Shown: positions 23,692-37,059 of the stretch, piece after piece
How positions within the stretch are numbered: position 1 is the first letter of the stretch
Layout of the letters: the number at the start of each line of letters is the position of its first letter
Assembly (NCBI GenBank): GCA_030141605.1
Contig: JAQGDQ010001068.1
Span: forward strand, 1 to 64,000
Direction: 5' to 3'
DNA length: 64,000 nt
Source: Tubiluchus corallicola
Lineage: Eukaryota > Animalia > Priapulida
The notes under the pieces: model-generated
The model's input: the letters and a program-made list of their open reading frames with translations, nothing else
Told to the model about the DNA's origin: nothing
Databases searched by the model: none
Position numbers and translations under genes: made by a program

Positions 23692-26600
23692 TCAACTGAA
23701 ACGTCTGTACGCATTAGCTCGCATATTATTCGGTCTTGGAACACTTAAACTGTAATCTAGACTGTGTTGCCTTTCCAAAAACTGTGTTGGCGTTTCTTGA
23801 GCTCCAGCATTAAAATAAACTCCAGTTGCTCCTTCCTGCAAATTCCTGGGATCATTTACTGATGTTCGCTCCATGTTTTTCACGGGTTTGTCGTATATTA
23901 TTCCGTATGGAACTGCATTTTCGTAACGGTTGCTGAAATTGTTGGGCCTTCTGCCATCATAGTAATGTGCTCCCTTGGGAGCAGATGTCACTGTCTGAAA
24001 GCGTAAAGGCGCAGCTGTGTAGTAGTTTCGATTGTTGGCGTAAGATGGCGCTCGTGGCAGTTGTGGTGCACGAGATTGATGATGATAAACGTCACCGAAG
24101 ACGGACCTTGAGAATTGTGGAGCTGGTGTGTAGTAAAATGGGGATCTGTACACAAAGGGCGATACAGTTGAAAACTGTGAGTTGGATACAAAATTGTCGA
24201 AATTTCCCATCTGGTTCCATGATTCGGTAGTTCGTCTAGCTTCAAGTGGTCTTCGAAGGTCCAGCTGATTGGTTCTATGAGCATTCTGGACTCTGTTTCT
24301 TTGCTTTTCAACTCTAAATCCAGCATGGATTTGTTCATTATTTTCGTTAACGTCACCGTATCCGTGTCTTCTTGCTGGAACAATAGTCCACGGTTCAGCA
24401 TTAACATTGTATAAAGTCAAAGGTCTGGCTCTAATCAGATGGGAATCTCTAACAAAGTTTCTTCTCTCTGGGAGGAAATACCTTGTGGAGTGGACAGATG
24501 ATCCTTCTTGTCGACTAATGCTAGGTGCTCTGTTAGTGAACCCACTTTTCACAACAGACGGGTATCCAGACATTTGAAGTTGACTAACATGGCCAAGGAC
24601 TCTAGCTTCTCTTGGAAATTCAACATGTTGGGTAAAATGCGAAGTTTGCTCGTTATTGGAATGAATTGAGCCAACACCTTGGTATAGAGGGTTGGGTTGG
24701 AATGCTGGTCTTCCCCTTTGCCTGTAGCGCGCCATGTCGGGAGTTGGTCTATATAATCCCTCTTCTCTGTTCGAGATGTATTCAAAATCAGAAACAAATT
24801 GCTGTCCCCGAGTTGGTAATCGATTTGGGAAATGAGCAGATTTCCGAGTCTGTTGAAAGTTTATGTTTACAGGATTTGCAACAAACAGTCTGTTTTGCTG
24901 GCGTCCGCCACGACCCATTGCATTCAGAAAATGCTGCACGTTCTGGTCGTATCCAGCGTCGTAATAATTTGGCTTCGGTTTTCGATTCGCACTTCTGGCA
25001 CCTGTTCTTCGGGCAGAACTTCTTCTGATTGTTGAAGTTTTTGATGATTCGCTTATGGCTGACTTAGCTTTAGGCTTAGCGACGATTGCATCTAGTAAAT
25101 GGCTGGTTACATTCGAATCAATGGTTGTTGGTAATCTGGATGTCATTTCTGAAGTGTTGAACAACATTTCTGTCGTGACGTAAGAAGTATACGAAGAAGT
25201 CGCATCTTCCAGTGTAATGTAATCTGCACTTGTTGATGGAAAAGTTGAATTTACAAAAGCATCAACACTGTCGTTTGTTACTAATTCATTTTCTGTTCCC
25301 ACATATCCAGTTAAATCAGCAATTTTATCAGATGAAATGTTTTGTAAACTTTTATAATCACTGATAACCTCTCTGTTTTCAGATTCGTCCAAATTAAGAC
25401 CTATATTGTCATTTGGTTTTGGCGTTTCTGCATCACCTTGGTCCGTACTTGTGTTGCCAAGCAAGCCCGCTAAATTGTTTAACATGCGATCATTTACATC
25501 ATCACTAATCACCATTTTGTTTTCCTTATCACTAAAACCAAGTTTTATCAGAGTCGTAACACGCTGTCCTCGCTTTACGTTTAATAGGTTATTAGCAGCG
25601 TCCTTAGTTGCATTGGCTGATGCAGAGGGAGCCACAGAAGTGTTGTCTTCTTTGACATCATTGCCGTTTTTGTAAAATTGCGTAAAATTTTCAACTCCCT
25701 CAATCACCAGTAAGGTAGAGTTCGTGTACTCGTAGAACTTTAGCACATTTGCCGGTGTTGTGCTGGTAGTATGTTGGCAAGATTCTCCATTTGAACAGTT
25801 TTCAAATCTGTGCTTTGCAGGATCAGATATTTTGTTTTCAAGGTCAGGTGTTGAAGTGCCTGAAGTTACAAGTTCATTGGTTTTTAAGTCCTGCTGGAGT
25901 GAAGTAAAGACTTTTGCTTTAACTAAATCTGCTGGAAGTTGCGATGATGCAGATGAAGGACTATCATCAATTTCGCCAGTAGTTGTGGCAATCGGTTTAG
26001 CTGCGTGCGTTTTTGTCTTTTTGTTTGAAGGCTTATCTAATGCTGTTTCTGCACGTGCCTCAACAGGTGGTACGTTGTCGACAAAGAAGAATGTATGATT
26101 TTCTGCTGCATCATTTGGTGTATCGAGAACTGGGTTTTTAGAAAGGAGAAGGTCAGTTTCATCAGGGGTTGAAACGCGATCTTTGAAATGAGGTCCCTTT
26201 TTTCTCTCACTCACAATAGTCTCTTCGTGATTAATTTTCCCGACTTGTTGACCATCGGTCAGTACGACCATTGGATCAAGTTTTTGCAAGTCATTATTCA
26301 ACAAACCATCATCGACACTACTGAAATGGTTTTTAGCAACTGATCCAGATTTGTGCACTTCTGCTTTTTTACCTGATTGCTCATCTAACGACTTTTCTAC
26401 ACGTGCCTCTCCAGGTGATAGAGTAATTTTATTAATGACTGATTGTGTATCTTCACTATCATTTTTAATATCATTTCTATACTCACTAAATAAACCTTCA
26501 GCACCAGCATCTAATTTATTAAACTTGCTTTTTGTTAAACTAAGGTCCGTTTTTGCTGTTTCCATTGTTGTAACTACAGCAGCTGTGGTAAAAAGTTCCT

Positions 26601-27086
26601 CTGCATTATCTGCTTTCTCCACATCTTGTACGGGAACAGAAACGTCTATGTAGTGTTCCGTTTTCGAGTTTGCTCCAATTTTGTAGCTTTCAGGAGTTGG
26701 ACGACTCAATTCTGTAATCTCCATACGTGGCGAAATCGTAGTAATGTTGTCCGCAGTGTTAAAACTCTGTTCTGATGCAGTGGTCAGAAGCTGTTCTTGC
26801 GTCTGCTGTAACAAATATTTTCTCTGTTCGATGTTGTTCTCTACTTGCTGGGGTATTTGACTTTTGTTGTATGACGTAACGTCTTTTGTGTTTAATTTAG
26901 AAAGAAGCGAGTCATCAGTCGTAGTTTGCAGAGCAGCAGTAGTAAATAGATCCTCATCAGCATCACCATGATCACCGTCACTGCTACTTGATGTAAACAA
27001 TTCAGCATTTCTTCTCCCATCGTTCGACAGCTGCTTGATAACAGTGGATTCTTGAACTGCAGTTGTGAGTTCGTTTTCTTGAATTC
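23692..27086 (-). CDS. gene 2 terminal exon: large low-complexity secreted protein (acidic Thr/Ser-rich half, basic Arg/Tyr/Asn-rich half)
   Basis: 3.4-kb open frame; minus-strand acceptor ttcatttttcttag before 27086 in phase 1, matching the signal-peptide exon. Confidence 0.85.
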
Positions 27087-27309
27087 CTAAGAAAAATGAA
27101 GTTTATAGTATCAGTTCTTAGAAACTGTTATAATTGTGAGGGTTAAAGATCTAAGTCATTTAAAACACAAGGAAACACACTTTATGAGTAAAGTTTAAAA
27201 ATTTCGTCTTGCAATCTTGTCATTTACATGCTGCTTTATCGTTCACAGAGATTATATTAGCAGCAGCTCTGTATAAACTTCGTCAAATTCATTCCCGCAG
27301 CATATATAT

Positions 27310-28165
27310 ATTTTAGCATCAAATAATCAAGAAAATGTTCAGAAATACTAAAATCTAATTTTACAACATCTTACTCACTTTTCTGTCTAAAAACTAGTAC
27401 TGCAATTGTAAAAAACTTATTTTCAAACTCCGATAGTAACACGCACATCGCGTTTCTACAAAACACTTAGCAACCGCACAAATGTTGGATGATACGGACT
27501 TCACAAGAACACGTTGAAAATACCATTATATTCAGTAGATGGTTCCTTCTGACGAAGATCTGGGTTTGGCAAAAGAGAAAGCCTGAAGCAAAACGACAAC
27601 TTTCAAGAGCTACAATCGGAGTTTGAAAATGCAAGTTTTTTTGCAATTGCAGTGCTAGTTTCTAGACAAAAAAAGTGGATAAGGGGTAATAAAATTAGAT
27701 TTTCAGTATCTTTTTAAATTCGGACTTTGCAATCACACGTTGAAGTTATGTTTAAATCCAGTAGATGGCTTTTTCTGACGAAGATCTGGGTTTGGCAAAA
27801 GAAAAAACCCGAAGAAAAATGACTGCTTACACCCGTTACTATCGGAGTTTGAAAATACAAGTTTTTTACATTTGCAGTACTAGTTTTTAGACGGAAAAGC
27901 GAGTAAGGAATTACAAAATTAAATTTTAGTATTTCTGAACATTCTCTTGATTATTTGATGCTAGAATATAAAAGTTCAATATATTTAGCACGTGTTTTTG
28001 TAAAAAACGAAAAATTGGCGCTTGACCAGATTTTTGGTGCATTCTACTTTGAAGCATCATTGCGTAGTTTCAACTTTGCTGACCTGTGGACGGTTTTGGT
28101 TTGCAAGCACACTGTCTTCACAGAATTTTTGTACAATGGCAAGGAAACATTAGCTGATAATGCAC
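27310..28165. mobile_element. rearranged family D repeat (internal tandem duplication plus ~130-bp inversion) in the gene 2 intron
   Basis: 27310-27438 is the reverse complement of ~27835-27968; ~27500-27720 is duplicated at ~27737-27940. Confidence 0.65.
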
Positions 28166-28214
28166 AGGCCTGTAATGACGTCACACAGACAGAATTTACG
28201 AATAATGTAATCAT

Positions 28215-28230
28215 GAGAGAGAGAGATAGA

Positions 28231-28293
<63 letters not shown>

Positions 28294-28373
28294 AGAGAAA
28301 GAGAGAAAGAGAGAAGAGAGAGAGAGAGAAAGAGGGGGAGAGAAAGAGAGAGAGAGAGAGAGAAACAGAAAGG

Positions 28374-28413
<40 letters not shown>

Positions 28414-28416
28414 AAC

Positions 28417-28460
<44 letters not shown>
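28215..28460. repeat. (GA)n microsatellite
   Basis: Direct reading. Confidence 0.9.
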
Positions 28461-28462
<2 letters not shown>

Positions 28463-29236
28463 GGAAAATCATATTGATTATAAACGACCAATGTTTGATG
28501 TGGCCTTTAATTATGAATAATACCACCAACAGCCCCACTTGTATTTCATTAAACTTCGTAGGAATAATAACAGACCTTGTTTTCTACATTATTTCAGGAA
28601 GTGGGTGTTTGTGTCAGGTACAAAAAAGGTTTCCCTAAGTATACCAAAGTGCCGAATTATCCAAAGTAGAGCGGCACATGAAAACAACTTTCAAATATTA
28701 AAGCAGAATCTGACACAATCATAAACTGTACGTTCGTAATCTACTACTTAACTATCAGAAACACTCTTGCAGTATTAAGTGTGTTAAACTTTCTTTGTTA
28801 AATACCGTGTATAACAGTGGTATGTTTTCTATTAGAAGTCCTGGTATTTGTATTCAACATTTTGAGTTATGTTAGTTTGTGATGTCATCAAATAGTTGGC
28901 CTCACTCGCCGTTGATCTATCACTTGTTCTATCAGAAATACTTTTGCAGTATTATTTGTTAAAATCGGACCTTTTATCGGATTTGAAAATGGGGTAGTAT
29001 ATGAAAAATCATCCCGTATTCCTTTTATCTTACAACAAACTGATCATTTGCCAGGTAGCACGTCTCGTTCGCGTGTTGTTGAAGACATTTAGCAGCTGTA
29101 ATGATCATAATGATGGTAACGTTGAGCGTGATGGCACGTTATTAGAGGTAAAATAATAACTTCCTAATAGCTATATCGGTTAATTTGTCCCACAATTTGT
29201 AGTTCGTATTAATAAAACAGGAAGAGTTGTGATTAC

Positions 29237-29306
29237 CCAACTGAGCCGATCCAGCAGAGGATCCAATCATGATGAGAAAGATGAATAGAGCCGCGTCTTG
29301 TGTCAT
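29237..29306 (-). CDS. gene 2 first coding exon (signal peptide)
   Basis: MTQDAALFIFLIMIGSSAGSAQL(G); upstream acceptor ttgtttttag (exon starts at 29318); donor gtaatc; phase 1 matches 27086. Confidence 0.8.
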
Positions 29307-29392
29307 CGTGGTTGACGTCTAAAAACAATGTGTGGATAATATATGAAAAGTTGTAAATGTTACCAACAATGTAACAGTTGCGTTTTCTAATT

Positions 29393-30252
<860 letters not shown>

Positions 30253-30779
30253 ATATTTCCAATAACCAATTATAACATTACTTTGAGTTCACGTAATTAG
30301 CAATGGCTTGCTTTTGAGAGATATCTAACGATAATCTTCACGTAGTTCTGCTATTGTTCTCAAAATTTAATACAAAAATTTAACTTACGATTACACATTC
30401 CGACAAACTAGAAACGACGAAAAATTCTAAATTTTTTGGTAATAAAATTGTCACCTAAAAATTTACCACACAAAGCGCATTTTATCTAAACTATATGAAA
30501 AAAACAAATATCTCAATATCACCGAAAAATAAGTTATCTAAAAGTGCTTTAAACTTAAAAAGTACTTGATTAAAATTCTAGTTAATTAAACTCGGCTTTG
30601 TTTTAATTGCACTTTGTGTACGTTTAATTTTTCATAAACAAATATAGGCTTTGCTTTAAGTATGTAATGATGTTTACACAAGTACAAATAAAAAATTAAT
30701 AATTTTAGTACGATAAAAATACTTACTTTTTGGTACAAGTTAATTATTACTCCATCCACGTGATTTTATGCAGTCAACA

Positions 30780-31230
30780 AGCTCAGATGTCTTCCCCTAG
30801 TGGGGTTCTGGTGTTCATGCACGGCACCTCTATTGAATAACATTTCGTGACGGCAAAGCTACGCAGTAACTGATTGATTATTAAGAGGCGAAAGAGTTAC
30901 GTCTCCGAAGGGGTGAACGCTCCTCCGCTTCGGGTTGCATTTTGGGGCAACGCGCGCGTAAAGTTTCATCTTCCCCTGGTGGCCACTTGAGCAAATATTG
31001 ACGAGAATTAAACTTAATTAGTTTGTCAAAAACTTGCCAAGCGAGGATTTATTAGCTCCTAGGGTCTGCAAACAGTAGCGATGGAGTTAAAATCGAGTAG
31101 CGGCTGCTTTACCACCCGTCGCCCCCCGGAATTAAGACGTCACGTGACGTGGCGTGACGTCATCTAAGGAAGCGAGAGTGAATTCGACGAAATACCTCTT
31201 TTCTCTTAGTTGAGTAAAGAGGTGAGTAAC
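30780..31230. promoter_or_regulatory. CpG-rich candidate promoter with CRE/E-box cluster and a putative non-coding first exon
   Basis: gacgtcacgtgacgt at 31136-31150, TGACGTCA at 31155-31162, and a strong donor ag|gtgagt at 31221/31222; lies between the 5' ends of gene 2 and the GT7 gene. Confidence 0.4.
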
Positions 31231-31564
31231 CCGGTCTACCTGTCCCGATAACAAAAGAGGAGCCGCATGTTTACGGGGATGTCTCTGGACCTGAGCCGCT
31301 AAGGTGCGACCGCTGTTTGTCTTTAAGTGAAAAGAATTCGGTGAAATAAAACGGCAGCGAGGTAATTATACCCGACTGGGTTCTGTAGCAGTTTAAAAAC
31401 CTGCGTTTCGTTAGCAGAATTATGTTAGTTCATTTTAATGATGGAGGCGTGTGTGCGTGTGTATGTATTGAACGTAATGTTACAGACAACAGTGCACGTG
31501 TATTGGTCCTTACGTAGAAAACCAACTTGTTAGGAAGTGAAATTATAATAACAGAAATACTGAC

Positions 31565-31660
31565 AGCAATAGCAATAGCAATAGCAATAGCAATAGCAAT
31601 AGCAATAGTATTAGTAATAGTAACAGTAACAGTAACAGTAACAGTAACAGTAACAGCAAT

Positions 31661-31692
<32 letters not shown>

Positions 31693-31898
31693 TAATAGCA
31701 ATAGCAACAGCAACAATAATAGTAATAGTAATAGTAATAGTAATAGTAATAGTAATAGTAATAGTAATAGTAATAGTAATAGTAATAGTAATAGTAATAG
31801 TAATAGTAATAGTAATAGTAATAGTAATAGTAATAGTAATAGTAATAGTAATAGCAATAACAATAGCAATGGATATAGCAATAGCAACAGTAATAATA

Positions 31899-31974
<76 letters not shown>

Positions 31975-32030
31975 CAACAACAACAACAACAACAATAATA
32001 ATAATAACGATAGTAATAATAATAATTATT
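31565..32030. repeat. (TAGCAA/TAGTAA/AAT)n compound microsatellite
   Basis: Direct reading; a similar inverted tract lies at 37013-37288. Confidence 0.9.
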
Positions 32031-33049
32031 ATTATTGTCGTGCGTGACACTTTTGTTAAGCGTGTTTAATTTTCTGGTTCTCACAACTCGTTTATAGTAA
32101 AGCTCAGTCCACATTCTACCACACACGCAGTTTTTTATGACGCACAAAATAAAGATTTCTACCATTGATCACCAAGACGCGTCAACAAAAAATTCCCGAC
32201 TACAGATGATAGAAGACATCTCATCGAAGAACGCAGATTTTGTTGTTACCATCACAAGTATAGATCTGCATAGACCATGTATAGGACAGCAGGGCTGAAG
32301 ACGCTCAGTGAATGGGTGGGTGACTATCGGGTTTTCTCCTTCTGTGAGGTCTTCTCAGTCGTAACACATTGAAGGAAAATGTACATATCTGAGAATGTAG
32401 CTAATATTTAGCCTTTACCTGTCCATTTTCACGTCTTACATGTTGGGGTTTGAGAATTTTCTAAGTTTCGGTCTCGCCACAACAACCTACATGTTGTTTT
32501 ATTGCATTGTCCCCTGTATAGTGGTCTTCGTACGTTGAAATTTCAGTGTTACTGAAGCGTATAAATTTTCAAGTCCCATAAAAAGTACACATCTAACACA
32601 ATTAGTACTGCAAAAGGGTTGCTGATAATTAAATTATAAATTAAAATCATAATTAGCAGTGGTCGAGCTCAGCGAGTACTTCGTCACAAACTAACAACTA
32701 TCTGAACTGGCAGGTACAGCACATGTTTTTTTGTGAAATGTGTTTCCAAAATGCAGGTGCTAGCACCCATCTAAGTAACGAATGGCAAAATGCACGTAAA
32801 AGCGAAGAACTAGTGGTGCAAACGTGAAATTTTGCTTGTATGGTAATAATTCTTTCACGTAAGTCATTTTTGGAAAAATAGTAAGATGCAGTTTAAGATG
32901 TACGCGCAGTTGAAGAAAAAAAATTTCTGATACAAACAATTGCGTCAGGCAGAAGTTTATTGATTTTTTGAAAGTTTTTCCTGCAAACCGTCATGTCAGA
33001 TATTAAACGGTTAAATTTTGAATTTCTCATCTAAATATACAAAATCAAT

Positions 33050-33225
33050 AAATGAACGAACTCTGTAATCAAACAAGCAATTCAACTTTGGAATTTTCTA
33101 CCATTACAGGTTAAACAAATCAAGTCCCTATCAGCATTTAAAACAAAAATAAAATCACTAATATTAACCAGATATGAAATACCATCAGTAAGTAAAGTAA
33201 AGTAAGTAAGTAAAAAAGTAAGTCT
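33050..33225 (+). mobile_element. CR1/L2-group LINE 3' end fragment with (gtaa)n tail
   Basis: AIQLWNFLPLQVKQIKSLSAFKTKIKSLILTRY followed by gtaagtaaagtaaagtaag. Confidence 0.55.
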
Positions 33226-33239
33226 CAAGTACAAATAAG

Positions 33240-36113
33240 AGATACTAAAAGATTTATTCCTGCAAATTTTCTGAGCGATTTGGGACATTCACTTTCTAAC
33301 ATTTTCAATAGTCAACTTAATGTAAATAATACTTTTTCCAATTTCTTGGAATCATTTGAAACCACCCTTAATAAACATGCCCCGATTCGAACACTTAGTA
33401 AAAGAGAAACAATATCCTTTCGAAAACCCTGGATAACACCCGGAATTTTAAAATCAATCAGAACTAGAAGCAAACTCTATAAATCTCACAAACTTTCTAA
33501 TTCGCTTTACAAAAAGACTTATTATAAGACTTATTCAAATAAACTAAATCACGCTAAGCAAAAATCCAAAAGAGAATATTATGACCATTTATTTGCTGTA
33601 AACAAAAATAATATTAAGAAGCAATGGAGTACGATTAATAGCCTACTGAAAATTAAAAGTAAAACACAAGTTGCCCCTTCCTATTTAGATAACAATGGTC
33701 ATACCACAAGTGACGATCTCTCTATTGCTAATGCATTTAATAAATTCTTCCAGTCTGTAGGTAGTAATCTGGCCAATAAAATCCCACCCACTTTGAAGAC
33801 CTACCAATCTTTCTTAAATGCTCCAAATGATAAATCTGTCTTCTTTTATCCTATCTCTGAACTTGAAATATTGTTGTCTCTTAATAAACTTAAAGAAAAT
33901 AAATCACCTGGCCCAGAAAATGTCCCGGTCAAATTTTACAAATTAGCAACTGATTTAATAGTCCCAGTTCTTTGTCGATTGTTTAATATGGCAGTTTCTG
34001 AAGGAACCTTTCCTAATTGTCTAAAAGTAGCTAAAGTCAAACCACTTTATAAAAATGATTCGCCAAACAACCTATCAAATTATCGTCCAATTTCTCTACT
34101 GTCACCAGTTTCAAAAATTTTTGAAAATATTATTTGTAATCGCATTAACAATTTTCCCACTTCATGTAACATACTAACAAAATTTCAGTTTGGTTTTCGC
34201 AAAACTTACTCCACTTCGTTAGCTACTTCAGAATTTGTTGAAAATATGCTTCTAAATTTAGACAAAAAACTTTTCACTTGTGCAATATTCTTAGATTTAT
34301 CTAAAGCTTTTGACACAGTCCAGCATGATATTCTACTACATAAATTACATTTTTATGGCATCAGAGGCCCTGTCTTGGAACTCCTTAAATCTTATTTAAC
34401 TAACCGACAACAGTTCACCACTATTAACAATACATGCTCTGATTTGCTAGATATAAACTGTGGTGTACCTCAAGGATCAACTCTTGGGCCGCTGCTTTTC
34501 CTGATCTATATCAATGATCTTCCTCTTGCTACTAATTTTAACACTCGTCTTTTCGCTGATGATACAAGTCTCTTCCTTACATCTAATAACCTTTCAACTT
34601 TACAACATCGCACTAACAACGAACTAAAAAAGATTGATGACTGGATGAAAGCAAATAAATTAACTGTCAATTACACAAAAACTAAGTATATGTTAATCAG
34701 TAGGAACCTTTCACAACAAGACTCTTCCACTTTCGAACTCAAAATTGGCGACATAATTTTAACACAAAGTAGTAGTATAAAATACCTTGGGTTGCATATT
34801 GACAACAACATGAAGTGGTCTACCCATATATCCTCTACAGCAACAAAACTAAACAAAACAGCTGGTATTTTTGCAAAATTAAGACATTTTATTAATTTGC
34901 CTGTTTTGAAAATGATCTACGATGCATTAGTCTATCCGTACCTCCAATACTGTGTGTTGTCATGGTGGCAAACAAAAAAATACTTATTACAACCACTAAT
35001 AACAGTTCAGAATAAAATAGTTAAATACATAACTTTTGCCAATTACAGAGACCATGCAACATCTTCATACATACACCTTAATTTATTGAAAATAGATGAT
35101 ATTTATAATCTTGAATTATTTAAATTCATGTATAAGTATAATAACCGGCAGTTGCCTGAATTATATACTAACTACTTTACCTTAATCAAAGATGTTCACT
35201 CTCACTATACTAGGTCCTCAAGTATGGGACACTATTTTCAAACACGATTTAACACAGCGTATGGCTTAAATACCTTACAGCACAGTGGAGTTATTTTGTG
35301 GAATAGTGTGCCCAATACAATCATTTCCTCTCCTTCTTTACAAATAGCTACCAAACAATACAAGATATTTTTACTTAGTAAATATTCATTGGCGTAGAAA
35401 ACTAGAGCTTTTTTTTCTCTTTTTGTGCACGTGTGTCTTTTTGCACTAATGTTTTTCTTTTACTAATGTTACTTTATTAGTAAAATGTATAAATCAATTT
35501 AAATGAATTATTCATTCATCGCAGTCTATATCAAAATCGTTTTTACATATTATGTTTCCTTGCTATTATTATATCATTTACTTTATTTCAAAATTATTTC
35601 AATATTCGTATCAAAATCGTAATTCCATATTATGTTTTTCTTATGTTTCCTTGCTATTATTACATCATTTACTTTATTTCAAAATTATTTCAATATTCAT
35701 ATCTAAATCGTAATTCCATATTATTTTTTTCTTATGTTTCCTTGCTATTATTACATCATTTACTTTATTTCAAAATTATTTCAATATTCATATCAAAATC
35801 GTAATTCCATATTATGTTGTCCTTATGTTTTCATACTATTATTACATCATTTACTTTATTTCAAAATTGTTTCAATATTCATATCAAAATCGTAATTACA
35901 TATTATGTTTTTCTAATGTTTCCTTTTTCATTGAGTCATCTAAAAAAGCACGCATAACTTTATTAATTTTTTCATTTAAGTAAGGTGAGTGTGTTAATGA
36001 CCGTATGGTCGTACACTCACCTCACACTACTCAAATTATTTTATTTATTGTTTATTTATGTGTATAATAATGTATTTTGATGTGTGGAATAAAATTCATA
36101 GTTCATAGTTCAT
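33240..36113 (+). mobile_element. 5'-truncated CR1/L2-group LINE including 3' UTR
   Basis: RT ORF; 3' UTR with ~80-92-bp tandem repeats (35529-35925); terminal hairpin 35983-36022; (catagtt)n tail. Confidence 0.85.
33280..35397 (+). CDS. LINE ORF2 reverse transcriptase (CR1/L2 group), 5'-truncated, endonuclease missing
   Basis: KPWIT, KSPGPENVP, NYRPISLL, QFGFR, FLDLSKAFDTV, GVPQGSTLGPLLFLIYINDL, FADDT, KYLG and LWNSVP motifs. Confidence 0.95.
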   Translation: MGHSLSNIFNSQLNVNNTFSNFLESFETTLNKHAPIRTLSKRETISFRKPWITPGILKSIRTRSKLYKSHKLSNSLYKKTYYKTYSNKLNHAKQKSKREYYDHLFAVNKNNIKKQWSTINSLLKIKSKTQVAPSYLDNNGHTTSDDLSIANAFNKFFQSVGSNLANKIPPTLKTYQSFLNAPNDKSVFFYPISELEILLSLNKLKENKSPGPENVPVKFYKLATDLIVPVLCRLFNMAVSEGTFPNCLKVAKVKPLYKNDSPNNLSNYRPISLLSPVSKIFENIICNRINNFPTSCNILTKFQFGFRKTYSTSLATSEFVENMLLNLDKKLFTCAIFLDLSKAFDTVQHDILLHKLHFYGIRGPVLELLKSYLTNRQQFTTINNTCSDLLDINCGVPQGSTLGPLLFLIYINDLPLATNFNTRLFADDTSLFLTSNNLSTLQHRTNNELKKIDDWMKANKLTVNYTKTKYMLISRNLSQQDSSTFELKIGDIILTQSSSIKYLGLHIDNNMKWSTHISSTATKLNKTAGIFAKLRHFINLPVLKMIYDALVYPYLQYCVLSWWQTKKYLLQPLITVQNKIVKYITFANYRDHATSSYIHLNLLKIDDIYNLELFKFMYKYNNRQLPELYTNYFTLIKDVHSHYTRSSSMGHYFQTRFNTAYGLNTLQHSGVILWNSVPNTIISSPSLQIATKQYKIFLLSKYSLA

Positions 36114-36363
36114 CACACCAGTAGGACAACATACACACTAATTAAGAATTTATATATCCACGGCCATATTAATTAAATCATAGTTTTTTTCGTTTTTTGT
36201 GCATAGTTGTAAATATGTTTGATTTTATTCGTCGTTACTTTCCATTACTGCACAGTACTTTGCCTTTAGCAGTGTAAGTTTTTATTAACTAACACTGATT
36301 GATCATCTCTGTAGAGTTTTTATCAGTGATTGTCAACGTATTTTAATGACAAATAAAGATTAT

Positions 36364-36401
<38 letters not shown>

Positions 36402-37014
36402 ATTTTTGCATTTGTCATCTAAATATTTGGCTTAGTAGCAAGAAAAACTTCAACAAAATCAATAAATCAGTACGCCGAACATCAAATTTCCAACACAAAT
36501 GCAAAAGTTAGCTTGTGACATTAGCTTAAACTATTAAATTTTTACACTTGAGTAACGACCGCAACTCAAAGCTGCCACCACCGGCATTGAAAGCGAAACT
36601 GTCTTCCCAGAATGCTCGTCTTCACTAGACTGTGACTTGTAGGTTATGCTGTACGAAGATAAAACTTCGCAACGTGTTATATGTAGGCCAAGTATGCAAG
36701 TATATACAAGTACAGTTAGTATAATATTTTGTTTACAAAAAAACTGACAGTGTATAATCTTGAACTGTGATAGACTCGTAGACACGCTGTGAACGACCAT
36801 GCGTGATAATATTCAACTCTGTGAGCAAATTACCAAATGATATGGTAAGCAGATTTACAAAAGTCCAAGTTGTCAAAGTCGCCGTTTTAATGGCAGTGTG
36901 AACGCAAAAATAAAGTCGTCGTTTCGTTAATGGCCGATTTGGTGCAAAATTAAACCTACGTTTAGGCATATGTTGCTTCTGCGCATGTCTAAAAAACATG
37001 TTCTTTTATTTTAA

Positions 37015-37059
<45 letters not shown>

